A DNA stretch of 43,160 bases from a bacterium (GTDB taxonomy: Bacteria > Patescibacteriota > Minisyncoccia > Minisyncoccales > CG1-02-41-26): positions 1 to 43,160 of the forward strand of contig JAZDKU010000041.1 in assembly GCA_043802745.1 (NCBI GenBank), written 5' to 3'. Both the position numbers and the translations under genes were made by a program. The stretch's first letter is position 1. Each line of letters begins with the position of its first letter. Positions 8,036-15,466 of the stretch are shown piece by piece. Below the pieces are notes generated by a model. That model was not told the origin of the DNA, did no database searches, and saw only the letters and a program-made list of their open reading frames with translations.

Positions 8036-8093
8036 TTATCCACAGGGGTTGACAAAATTTTTTATGATATAATAAATAAATTAAAAAGGTCGA
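8036..8093 (+). promoter_or_regulatory. Promoter region: consensus DnaA box, TTGACA, extended -10, AAAGGTCGA motif
   Basis: TTATCCACA 8036-8044; TTGACA 8049-8054; TG-A-TATAAT 8065-8073 (only 13 nt from TTGACA); AAAGGTCGA 8085-8093. Confidence 0.6.
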
Positions 8094-8130
8094 ATGAGAA
8101 TTTTTTGATTAAATTTTTTACTTATTAAAT

Positions 8131-9642
8131 ATGATGCAAGATAAAAAACAAATTATTGGATTAATTTTATCCGTGGTTTTATCAGTTGGCTTGGTTGTTG
8201 CTGGAGTTAACGCTGCCACCACGGTTGGCACAGATGTTTCTGTAGCCGGGGATTTAGCAGTTGTATCCACCACAACTTTGAATGGAGACACAACTTTAGG
8301 TAATGCAGTTGGTGATGTTATTCTTATTACTGGCACCCCAACCATTTCCCCAACTACCACATTCACGGCTGGCGCTACTTTTGGGGGAGACGTAACAGCT
8401 TCCTTGGATCTAGATGCTGGCGGTAATTTAACAGTCACAGCCACCACAACTTTAAATGGCGATATGATATTGGGAAATGCGGTAGGGGATAGTATTCTTA
8501 TCACTGGCACCCCAACTATTTCTCCAACTACTACATTTTCCGCAGGAGCTACTTTTGGTGGTGATGTAACAGCCTCCTTGGATTTAAATGCTGGCGGTAA
8601 TTTAACAGTCACAGCCACCACAACCTTAAATGGTGATGTGGTTTTGGGCAATGCTTCCAGCGACAACATTACAATTACAGGAAGAATAGCTACCACCACT
8701 GTTTATGGATTAACTGTAAGCGGCGAGTTAGTGGCTTCTCTTGACGCTTCAGTAGCTGGAACTTCTACTTTAAGTGGTGATGTTTTATTGGGCGATGCAG
8801 CGGGTGATAGTATTATACTTAACGGTACTTTAAGCGTTGTGCCAGCCCTAACTATGACCGCCACCTCTACAATGAATGGCGATGTGGTTTTGGGTAATGC
8901 GACAGCAGACAATATTACTACTACTGGTATATTTACCACTACAACTTGGGCCGGAGGAACAATTGTCGGAGGGGACATATCTGGGGTTTTGGATTTAACC
9001 GCGGCTGGCACTTCCACCTTTAGTGGTGATATTGTTTTGGGCAATGCCGTAGCTGACAACATTCTTATCACTGGCACACCAACTATTTCTGCAACTACCA
9101 CATTTTCAGCCGGCGCCACTTTTGCAGGGGATGTTACTGCTTCGTTAGATTTAAATGTGACATCAGCTTTAACTGTAACAGCAACCACAACCCTGAACGG
9201 TAGTGTGGTTATAGACAATGCCGCTGATTTAACTGTTGGCACAGCCACTTCTACATTTGCAGGCGATGTTACTTTGGGCGATACGGCTGCCGATAACATT
9301 AGGATAAACGGCACAATTTCTTCAGCTACTACTACATTGTTAAGTATTGGCGGAGGTCAGATGATAGCAAGGCATTTGAGCGGAATTGCCACTATTGATT
9401 TTGCCGCCATACCTGCTTTAAATTGCGCTACGAGTTCTATCACGGTTACCGGTGCTCTTGACGGAAATACAGTCGTTTTAGGGATACCAAACGCAGTAGC
9501 TTCTGCAACCTCAACTATTTCTTGGAGTGGTTGGGTAGCTGCTAACGATACTGTTTATGTGAGAGTGTGCAATGTAGGCAGTTCAGATGCTACTCCTGAC
9601 CTTGCTTCCGGATCTTTTCGAGCAGATGTTTGGCAACATTAA
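8131..9642 (+). CDS. Secreted Thr/Gly-rich beta-repeat protein, fibre/adhesin-like
   Basis: N-terminal signal/TM segment; seven T-x-T-x-x-G-D-x-x-L-G-[ND]-x-x-x-D-x-I units; compact C-terminal domain with a Cys pair. Confidence 0.6.
   Translation: MMQDKKQIIGLILSVVLSVGLVVAGVNAATTVGTDVSVAGDLAVVSTTTLNGDTTLGNAVGDVILITGTPTISPTTTFTAGATFGGDVTASLDLDAGGNLTVTATTTLNGDMILGNAVGDSILITGTPTISPTTTFSAGATFGGDVTASLDLNAGGNLTVTATTTLNGDVVLGNASSDNITITGRIATTTVYGLTVSGELVASLDASVAGTSTLSGDVLLGDAAGDSIILNGTLSVVPALTMTATSTMNGDVVLGNATADNITTTGIFTTTTWAGGTIVGGDISGVLDLTAAGTSTFSGDIVLGNAVADNILITGTPTISATTTFSAGATFAGDVTASLDLNVTSALTVTATTTLNGSVVIDNAADLTVGTATSTFAGDVTLGDTAADNIRINGTISSATTTLLSIGGGQMIARHLSGIATIDFAAIPALNCATSSITVTGALDGNTVVLGIPNAVASATSTISWSGWVAANDTVYVRVCNVGSSDATPDLASGSFRADVWQH
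8269..8650 (+). repeat. Recent 174-bp (58-aa) intragenic tandem duplication
   Basis: GCTGGCGGTAATTTAACAGTCACAGCCACCACAAC occurs at 8416 and 8590 (174 bp apart). Confidence 0.85.
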
Positions 9643-9654
9643 ACTAAAACCTAA

Positions 9655-9689
9655 ACCCCCTAACACCAATCTGATTGGTGTTAGGGGGT
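9655..9689. repeat. Perfect 17-bp inverted repeat (REP-like or atypical terminator)
   Basis: ACCCCCTAACACCAATC-T-GATTGGTGTTAGGGGGT; no U-tract on the + strand. Confidence 0.75.
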
Positions 9690-9705
9690 AAACCAAATTA
9701 TAATT

Positions 9706-10875
9706 ATGGTTAAGAAAATATTTTTAATAGTTATTATGGCTGTGGGTTTAGTTTTTGTTGGAAATTCTGCTTTTGCTGCTTACGATGATGTTACATATAC
9801 CGCTGGAGATGATGTTCTGCTTTACCTAACAACGGGAACTATAAACTTGAAAGTTATTTCTGGCAGTGTGGCTTCAACCACCGTTAATGCGGCCAGTGTT
9901 GTTTTTAGAATGGTTCCCAGTTCTGTAATTTCACTTACCAACACAGATAGAAAGTTAATGACTAACTCGTTAAATACAGAAACGATTTGCACTAATTCTA
10001 CAGCACAAGTTACTTTAACAGCAACCAGCACAACATTAGCTGATATCACAGTGACTATCGGGGAGAGTTGTCCGGCCATAAACCCGGGAGGTGGAACTCA
10101 GGGCGGTGGTGGTAGTGTTAGCGACACCACAGCCCCAACAGCTTCTGCGGTTAGTGTCCAAGTTGGCTCAACTGAAGCGCAAATAACTTGGAACACCAAC
10201 GAAGCGTCATTGTCGTGGGTGTTGTATGGCGCTTCGAGCTCGTATGGCAACGAGAGTTTAGGAACAACATACATCACAAGCCATTCGGCCAAAATAGTTG
10301 GGCTAAATGCCAGTTCTATTTACCATTACCAAGTAAAAACCAAGGACAGCACTGGAAATGTGGGTTATTCTTCTGATTACATTTTCACTACTTTAGCAAC
10401 TGGTAATTTAGCAACAACAACTTCAACTACCACCGCTACTACTGTTGTAGTAACTCCAATAACTCCAGTAACTCCAGTAACTCCAAAGCCGATTTCTCAA
10501 ATGACTATTCCAGAATTGCAAGCAGAAATTGCCAGAATTACAGCTTTGATAAATCAGCTAATAGCAATGATAGGGACAGCTGGAAATTCAGGCATACAAC
10601 CACCCGGTCTTATTGTTAGTGGGATTAAAAAAATCTTGAAGCAAGGGAACTCGGGTGATGAAGTAAAGTTATTGCAAACTTGGCTTTCTCGCGATCCATT
10701 AGTGTATCCTGAAGGAAAAATAACTGGTTATTTTGGCGCTTTAACCAAGGTGGCTGTGATAAAATTTCAAGAAAAATACGCTAGTGAGGTCTTAACTCCA
10801 AATGGATTAACAAAAGGCACAGGATTAGTGGGAGCATCGACAAGAGCAAAACTAAACAGCTTATTCGGCCAATAA
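9706..10875 (+). CDS. Secreted FN3-domain protein with Thr/Pro linker, coiled coil and C-terminal PG-binding-like domain
   Basis: Signal peptide ending AFA; DTTAP...ITWNTNEASLSWVLYG...YHYQVKTKDSTGN...FTT (FN3); (RTAACTCCA)x4 at 10450-10485; GDEVKLLQTWL...TGYFGALTKVAVIKFQE...GTGLVGASTRAKLN. Confidence 0.8.
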   Translation: MVKKIFLIVIMAVGLVFVGNSAFAAYDDVTYTAGDDVLLYLTTGTINLKVISGSVASTTVNAASVVFRMVPSSVISLTNTDRKLMTNSLNTETICTNSTAQVTLTATSTTLADITVTIGESCPAINPGGGTQGGGGSVSDTTAPTASAVSVQVGSTEAQITWNTNEASLSWVLYGASSSYGNESLGTTYITSHSAKIVGLNASSIYHYQVKTKDSTGNVGYSSDYIFTTLATGNLATTTSTTTATTVVVTPITPVTPVTPKPISQMTIPELQAEIARITALINQLIAMIGTAGNSGIQPPGLIVSGIKKILKQGNSGDEVKLLQTWLSRDPLVYPEGKITGYFGALTKVAVIKFQEKYASEVLTPNGLTKGTGLVGASTRAKLNSLFGQ

Positions 10876-10885
10876 AAAGCCCTAG

Positions 10886-10924
10886 CGACTCCACCCCTCG
10901 GCCCCAAGCCGAGGAGTGGGGTCG
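10886..10924. repeat. REP-like palindrome family A, copy 3
   Basis: CGACTCCACCCCTCGGC-CCCAA-GCCGAGGAGTGGGGTCG. Confidence 0.88.
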
Positions 10925-10935
10925 TTTGTTTTCCG

Positions 10936-11012
10936 AAAAAAGTGTACGAGGGCAGACCTCCCAAGGCTCGGGCTCAAGATTTGGGAGGAGGTCAGCCCTC
11001 CTACACTTTTTT
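10936..11012. repeat. Long hairpin built of two inverted short palindromes (REPIN-like)
   Basis: AAAAAAGTGTA/TACACTTTTTT outer stem enclosing GAGGGCAGACCTC (10948-10960) and GAGGTCAGCCCTC (10988-11000). Confidence 0.65.
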
Positions 11013-11020
11013 TATTTTTA

Positions 11021-11035
11021 TGCTAAAATAGACTT
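11021..11035 (+). promoter_or_regulatory. Extended -10 promoter, probable leaderless start
   Basis: TG-C-TAAAAT (11021-11029) lies 6 nt before ATG 11036. Confidence 0.5.
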
Positions 11036-12709
11036 ATGTTTTATTTAAAGCGAAAAGTTTTTGTTGCTGTTATTTTTTGTTTTGCTTTTTTATTTTTGGC
11101 GAATAATTTTGCTTTAGCCAAAGCCGAGGGCGAGCAAGAAACATTTTTTGTGGAAAAACTATACGATTTAAAGCAAAGAGAGCAGGTTTCTTTTCGTTTG
11201 GTAAAGGTTTCCAGCCAAGCTTATTTTTATATTGAAAGCGATTGGTATTTAAACATAACCGACCAAGAAAGGGGAGTAATAAACCAAAACCTAGCTAGCT
11301 TGGCCAATGATTTTGACAAAGAAGTTTATCCAAAATTAACTGCTTTATGGGGAAGCGAATGGACTCCTGGCATTGATAACGACTCAAGAATTACTATTGT
11401 TTTTGAGCAATTAACTAAGGGCACAGCTGGTTATTTTAATGATGCCAACGAATATTTAAAACAGCAAGCGCCTTTTTCTAATGAGAGAGAAATGCTTTAT
11501 CTTTCAGCCGAATATCTAAAGGGTAGTTTAATAAAAAATTATTTGGCTCATGAATTTACACATCTGATTTCTTTTAACCAGAAAGACAGGCTTCATGGTG
11601 TGAGCGAAGATGTTTGGTTGTCTGAAGCTCGGGCTGAATATTCTGCGGGTGGCGATTTAGGGCAAAGGATAAATCAATTTAGCCAAAAGCCAAGTGATTC
11701 TTTAGTTATTTGGAATGGCGAAGAAGTAGATTATGGGATAGTGGCTATTTTCACGCAGTATTTGGTTGAGAAATATGGAGAAGGGGTTTTGTCTGATTCT
11801 CTTCATTCAAAAAAAACAGGTATTGATTCTCTTGACGAAGCTTTATCAAAAGCCGGGGTAAACAAGAGCTTTTTACAAATTTTTAATGATTGGGCTTTGG
11901 CTGTTTCTTTAAATAGCTGTTCTTTGGGGGATGTTTATTGCTACAAAAATTCAGCTTTAGTAAATTTAAGAATTGCTCCCAATTTAGTGGTTTTGCCTTC
12001 CACTGGCAAAACAAATTTATCGCTTAATTATTCTTTATCTCCTTGGTCAAGCAGTTGGTATAGGTTTATTGGCTCGGAAGGTGATTTAAAACTGGCATTT
12101 GATTTTGACCCCAAAGCTTTGTTTACTTTAAAATATATTTTATGTGAGATAAAAGATGGCTGTTCTGTTTTTGATTTTGACACAGATGGTTCTTTGAAAA
12201 AAGAATTAACAATTAATAATTTTAGCCAGAATTATTTAAGCCTAACCTTGATACCTTCAGTTAAGCCAAGATTTTCAAACATAGCCACTCTTGGCGATGC
12301 TTATTCTTTTTCTGTTTTAGCGCAAACAAGCAATGAGCCATCGCAAGCCGTACAAGAAGAGGAGCTCATAAAAGCGCTTTTAGCGCAGATTGAGCAATTA
12401 AAAGCCCAAATAGCCAAGGTTCAAGCCCAGTTGGCAGTTTCCCGACCCCACCCCTCGGCTTGCGGGCCGAGGGGTGGGGTCGTCTCGAATCTTTATTTTG
12501 GCGTAAGGTCAGACGAGGTTAAGTGTTTGCAGAATTTTTTAATAAGCCAAAATGTTTATCCAGAAAAAATAGTGAGCGGGTATTTTGGTGTTTTAACTAA
12601 ATCAGCGGTTATTAGATTTCAACAAAAATACAGCCTTAACCCCACAGGAGACGTGGGGGTTTTAACAAGAATTAAAATTAATTCTTTATTGGCAGGCCTT
12701 TTATATTAA
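11036..12709 (+). CDS. Secreted zinc metallopeptidase (M30/immune-inhibitor-A-like) with coiled coil and PG-binding-like domain
   Basis: Signal peptide; PGIDNDSRITI, GYF, SNEREMLY, LAHEFTHLISFNQK...WLSEARAEY (HExxH plus downstream Glu); C-terminal EVKCLQNFL...SGYFGVLTKSAVIRFQ...TGDVGVLTRIKIN. Confidence 0.8.
   Translation: MFYLKRKVFVAVIFCFAFLFLANNFALAKAEGEQETFFVEKLYDLKQREQVSFRLVKVSSQAYFYIESDWYLNITDQERGVINQNLASLANDFDKEVYPKLTALWGSEWTPGIDNDSRITIVFEQLTKGTAGYFNDANEYLKQQAPFSNEREMLYLSAEYLKGSLIKNYLAHEFTHLISFNQKDRLHGVSEDVWLSEARAEYSAGGDLGQRINQFSQKPSDSLVIWNGEEVDYGIVAIFTQYLVEKYGEGVLSDSLHSKKTGIDSLDEALSKAGVNKSFLQIFNDWALAVSLNSCSLGDVYCYKNSALVNLRIAPNLVVLPSTGKTNLSLNYSLSPWSSSWYRFIGSEGDLKLAFDFDPKALFTLKYILCEIKDGCSVFDFDTDGSLKKELTINNFSQNYLSLTLIPSVKPRFSNIATLGDAYSFSVLAQTSNEPSQAVQEEELIKALLAQIEQLKAQIAKVQAQLAVSRPHPSACGPRGGVVSNLYFGVRSDEVKCLQNFLISQNVYPEKIVSGYFGVLTKSAVIRFQQKYSLNPTGDVGVLTRIKINSLLAGLLY
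12443..12482. repeat. REP-like palindrome family A, copy 4, in-frame inside the peptidase CDS
   Basis: CGACCCCACCCCTCGGC-TTGCGG-GCCGAGGGGTGGGGTCG (perfect 17-bp stem) encodes RPHPSACGPRGGVV. Confidence 0.9.
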
Positions 12710-12713
12710 AAAT

Positions 12714-13706
12714 ATGACTACCTTAGAACAAAAAAATATTTCTCTTGGTTTGGTTGGGGCTGGTTATTGGGGCAAAAATTTAGTAAGAGTCTTTAATACT
12801 TTAGGTGTTTTAAAAAAGGTTTGCGACTGCAATACAGAGGTTATTTCTCAAGTTAAAAAAGATTATCCAGAAATTTCTGTGGTTCAAGATTTTAACAATT
12901 TATTAGAAGACAGAGAATTAGTCGGTATAGTAATTGCCTCCCCGGCTGTTAGCCATTACGAGCTGGCAAAAAAAGCGCTCATAGCAGGCAAGCATGTTTT
13001 TGTGGAAAAACCCTTGGCATTAAAGGTTCAACACGGTGAAGAGCTTGTGGCATTGGCAAAAGACAAAGAGCTTGTTTTGATGGTTGGCCATTTGCTTTTG
13101 TATCACCCAGCCATTGTGAAATTAAAAGAAATGATAAAATCTGGTGATTTAGGAGAAATTCGCTATATTTATTCTAACCGCTTGAATTTTGGAAAATTAA
13201 GAACAGAAGAAAATGTTTTATGGTCTTTCGCGCCCCACGACATAGCTATTGTTCTTGATTTTTTGGGTATGCCAAAATCAGTAAATTGTTTGGGAAAAGA
13301 TTTTTTGCAAAAAAATATACCAGATGTTACTTTAACCTTTTTAGAATTTGACAATAATCAAGCAGCCCACATTTTTGTTTCTTGGCTAAATCCCTTTAAA
13401 GAGCAGAAGCTTTCTATTATCGGCTCTTTAAAAATGGCGGTTTTTGATGGAGTATTGAACCAGTTATCGGTTTTTGAACATAAAGTTCAAACAAACGGTT
13501 CAAATTTTATCCAAGCTATGCCAGGTCAGGCCCAAGCAATTGATTTTGGCAACGAAGAGCCACTTATGCAAGAAGCCAAACATTTTTTAGAAAGCATTCA
13601 AGAAAACAAAACTCCTTTGTCGGATGGAAAAGAGGCCTTAGCGGTTTTAAGGGTCTTGGAGGGGTCCCAGAAATCATTAGAAGAGGGAACAAAAATAGTT
13701 TTGTAG
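12714..13706 (+). CDS. Gfo/Idh/MocA oxidoreductase (WbpB/WlbA-like UDP-GlcNAcA 3-dehydrogenase by context)
   Basis: VGAGYWGKNLVR, HVFVEKPLA, WSFAPHDI; adjacent to the WbpD/WbpE homologue. Confidence 0.85.
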   Translation: MTTLEQKNISLGLVGAGYWGKNLVRVFNTLGVLKKVCDCNTEVISQVKKDYPEISVVQDFNNLLEDRELVGIVIASPAVSHYELAKKALIAGKHVFVEKPLALKVQHGEELVALAKDKELVLMVGHLLLYHPAIVKLKEMIKSGDLGEIRYIYSNRLNFGKLRTEENVLWSFAPHDIAIVLDFLGMPKSVNCLGKDFLQKNIPDVTLTFLEFDNNQAAHIFVSWLNPFKEQKLSIIGSLKMAVFDGVLNQLSVFEHKVQTNGSNFIQAMPGQAQAIDFGNEEPLMQEAKHFLESIQENKTPLSDGKEALAVLRVLEGSQKSLEEGTKIVL

Positions 13707-13752
13707 GATTTTTCTTGTTTTTGCGTTGTTTTTAGTTTAAGATAATCAATAT

Positions 13753-15465
13753 ATGCAATTAGACCAGCCAGAACAAAAAGATTTTTGGGTTCATGAAACA
13801 GCCCAAGTTGAGGAAGGGGCTTTTATTGGGTTGGGAAGTAAGGTTTGGAATAATAGCCAAGTAAAAAAGGGAGCTGTGGTGGGCAAAAATTGCGTTATTG
13901 GCCATAATTGTTTTGTTAATTTTGGCGCAAAACTAGGAGATGGTGTTAAGTTAGAATCTAATATTGATGTTTGGGAGTTAGTGGAGCTTGAGGATTATGT
14001 TTTTGTTGGACCATCGGCTGTTTTTACTAATGATCCAAATCCAAGGGCTAAATATCCAAAATCAAAATTTCCAGAATACGGAAAATGGAGACCAACTTTA
14101 ATAAAAAAAGGAGCTTCTTTGGGGGCCAATTGCACAATTGTTTGTGGAAATACTGTTGGCGTGTGCGCTTTTGTGGGGGCTGGGTCAGTGGTAACTCATA
14201 ATGTGCCTGATTATGCCATTGTGGCAGGCAATCCTGCTAAAATAATTGGCTGGATGTGTGAATGCGGTAATAAATTAAATTTTGAAAATAAAGCTGAGGA
14301 CACATGCTTAGTTTGCGCTAAAAGGTATCAAAAAGTTGAAGAAAAAGTAAGCCAAAAAAATATGAAATTTCTTGATTTATCTCTCCAGTACCAATCTATA
14401 AAGTTAGAAATAGACAAAGCAGTCCAAAGCACTCTGGACAGTTGCCAATTTATTGGGGGAACGGAAGTTGAAAATTTTGAAAAAGAAATAGCAGAATATT
14501 GCCAAGCTAAAGAGGCAGTTTCGGTTAATTCGGGCACAGACGGTTTGTTTTTATCTTTAAAAGCCTTGGGAATTGGGGATGGGGATGAAGTTATTACCAC
14601 CCCTTTTACATTTGTGGCCACAGCCGAGGCTATTGCCAATGCTGGAGCAAGGCCAGTTTTTGCTGATATTGACCTTGAAACATTTAACATTGACCCAAAA
14701 GAAATTGAAAAGAAAATTACCAATAAAACCAAGGCTATTATCCCAGTACACCTCTTTGGTCAAATAGCGGATATGGAGGCCATAATGGCTTTAGCAAAAA
14801 AATATAATTTAAAGGTGATTGAAGATGCAGCTCAAGCAATTGGCGCAAAATCTAACGGCCGAAGAGCAGGCTCTTTTGGAGATTGTTCTTGTTTTAGTTT
14901 TTTCCCTTCTAAAAATTTAGGAGGATTTGGCGATGGAGGAATGATAACAACTAATCAGCTAGAAGTGGCTCAAAATATAAAGTCGTTAAGAAGCCATGGT
15001 TCTTCGCCTCAAGAAAAATATTTAAACTTAATTTTGGGGGTAAATTCGCGGTTAGATGGACTGCAAGCTAGTATTTTAAGGGTAAAATTAAAGTATCTTG
15101 AAGAATGGAACAGCAAAAGAGCCAGCAAAGCAGAGTATTACTCTGAAGGATTAAAAGACATCTCAAGCATTAAGGTTCCTTTGGTTTCTCAAGAAAAACA
15201 TATTTTTCATCAATATACAATTAGGGCTCAACAAAGAGATGCGTTAAAGGATTTCTTGGGTAAAGCTGGCATTCCAACAATGATTTATTATTTTTTGCCC
15301 CTTCATCTTCAGCCAGTTTTCTCTGGGCTTGGTTATAAAGAGGGCGATTTCCCCCAAGCAGAAAAAGCATCCCAAGAAGTATTGAGTTTACCTATTTTTC
15401 CTGAACTTTTAGAAACAGAGCAAGACGAGGTTATTAAAAAGATAAAAGAGTTTTTTATTGCATAA
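13753..15465 (+). CDS. Fusion of WbpD/WlbB-like hexapeptide N-acetyltransferase and WbpE/WlbC-like DegT aminotransferase
   Basis: N-part: VFVGPSAVFTND.NPR, GASLGANCTIVCG, GNPAKIIGWMCECG. C-part from Met at 14362: MKFLDLSLQY, SGTDGL, EDAAQAIG, SFFPSKNLGGFGDGG, LSLPIFPEL. Confidence 0.88.
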   Translation: MQLDQPEQKDFWVHETAQVEEGAFIGLGSKVWNNSQVKKGAVVGKNCVIGHNCFVNFGAKLGDGVKLESNIDVWELVELEDYVFVGPSAVFTNDPNPRAKYPKSKFPEYGKWRPTLIKKGASLGANCTIVCGNTVGVCAFVGAGSVVTHNVPDYAIVAGNPAKIIGWMCECGNKLNFENKAEDTCLVCAKRYQKVEEKVSQKNMKFLDLSLQYQSIKLEIDKAVQSTLDSCQFIGGTEVENFEKEIAEYCQAKEAVSVNSGTDGLFLSLKALGIGDGDEVITTPFTFVATAEAIANAGARPVFADIDLETFNIDPKEIEKKITNKTKAIIPVHLFGQIADMEAIMALAKKYNLKVIEDAAQAIGAKSNGRRAGSFGDCSCFSFFPSKNLGGFGDGGMITTNQLEVAQNIKSLRSHGSSPQEKYLNLILGVNSRLDGLQASILRVKLKYLEEWNSKRASKAEYYSEGLKDISSIKVPLVSQEKHIFHQYTIRAQQRDALKDFLGKAGIPTMIYYFLPLHLQPVFSGLGYKEGDFPQAEKASQEVLSLPIFPELLETEQDEVIKKIKEFFIA

Positions 15466-15466
15466 A

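Noticed and set aside
8036-8044. Replication origin
   Set aside because: Only one DnaA box in a short intergenic region; no dnaA/dnaN and no change in gene orientation.
8118-9314. 193-aa and 203-aa minus-strand ORFs
   Set aside because: Antisense shadows of the repetitive Thr/Gly/Val-rich + strand gene. The same applies to the other short antisense or overlapping ORFs in the track.
3417-12482. Family-A palindromes as a CRISPR array
   Set aside because: Copies are 0.8-6.6 kb apart with whole genes between them; no regular spacers and no cas genes.
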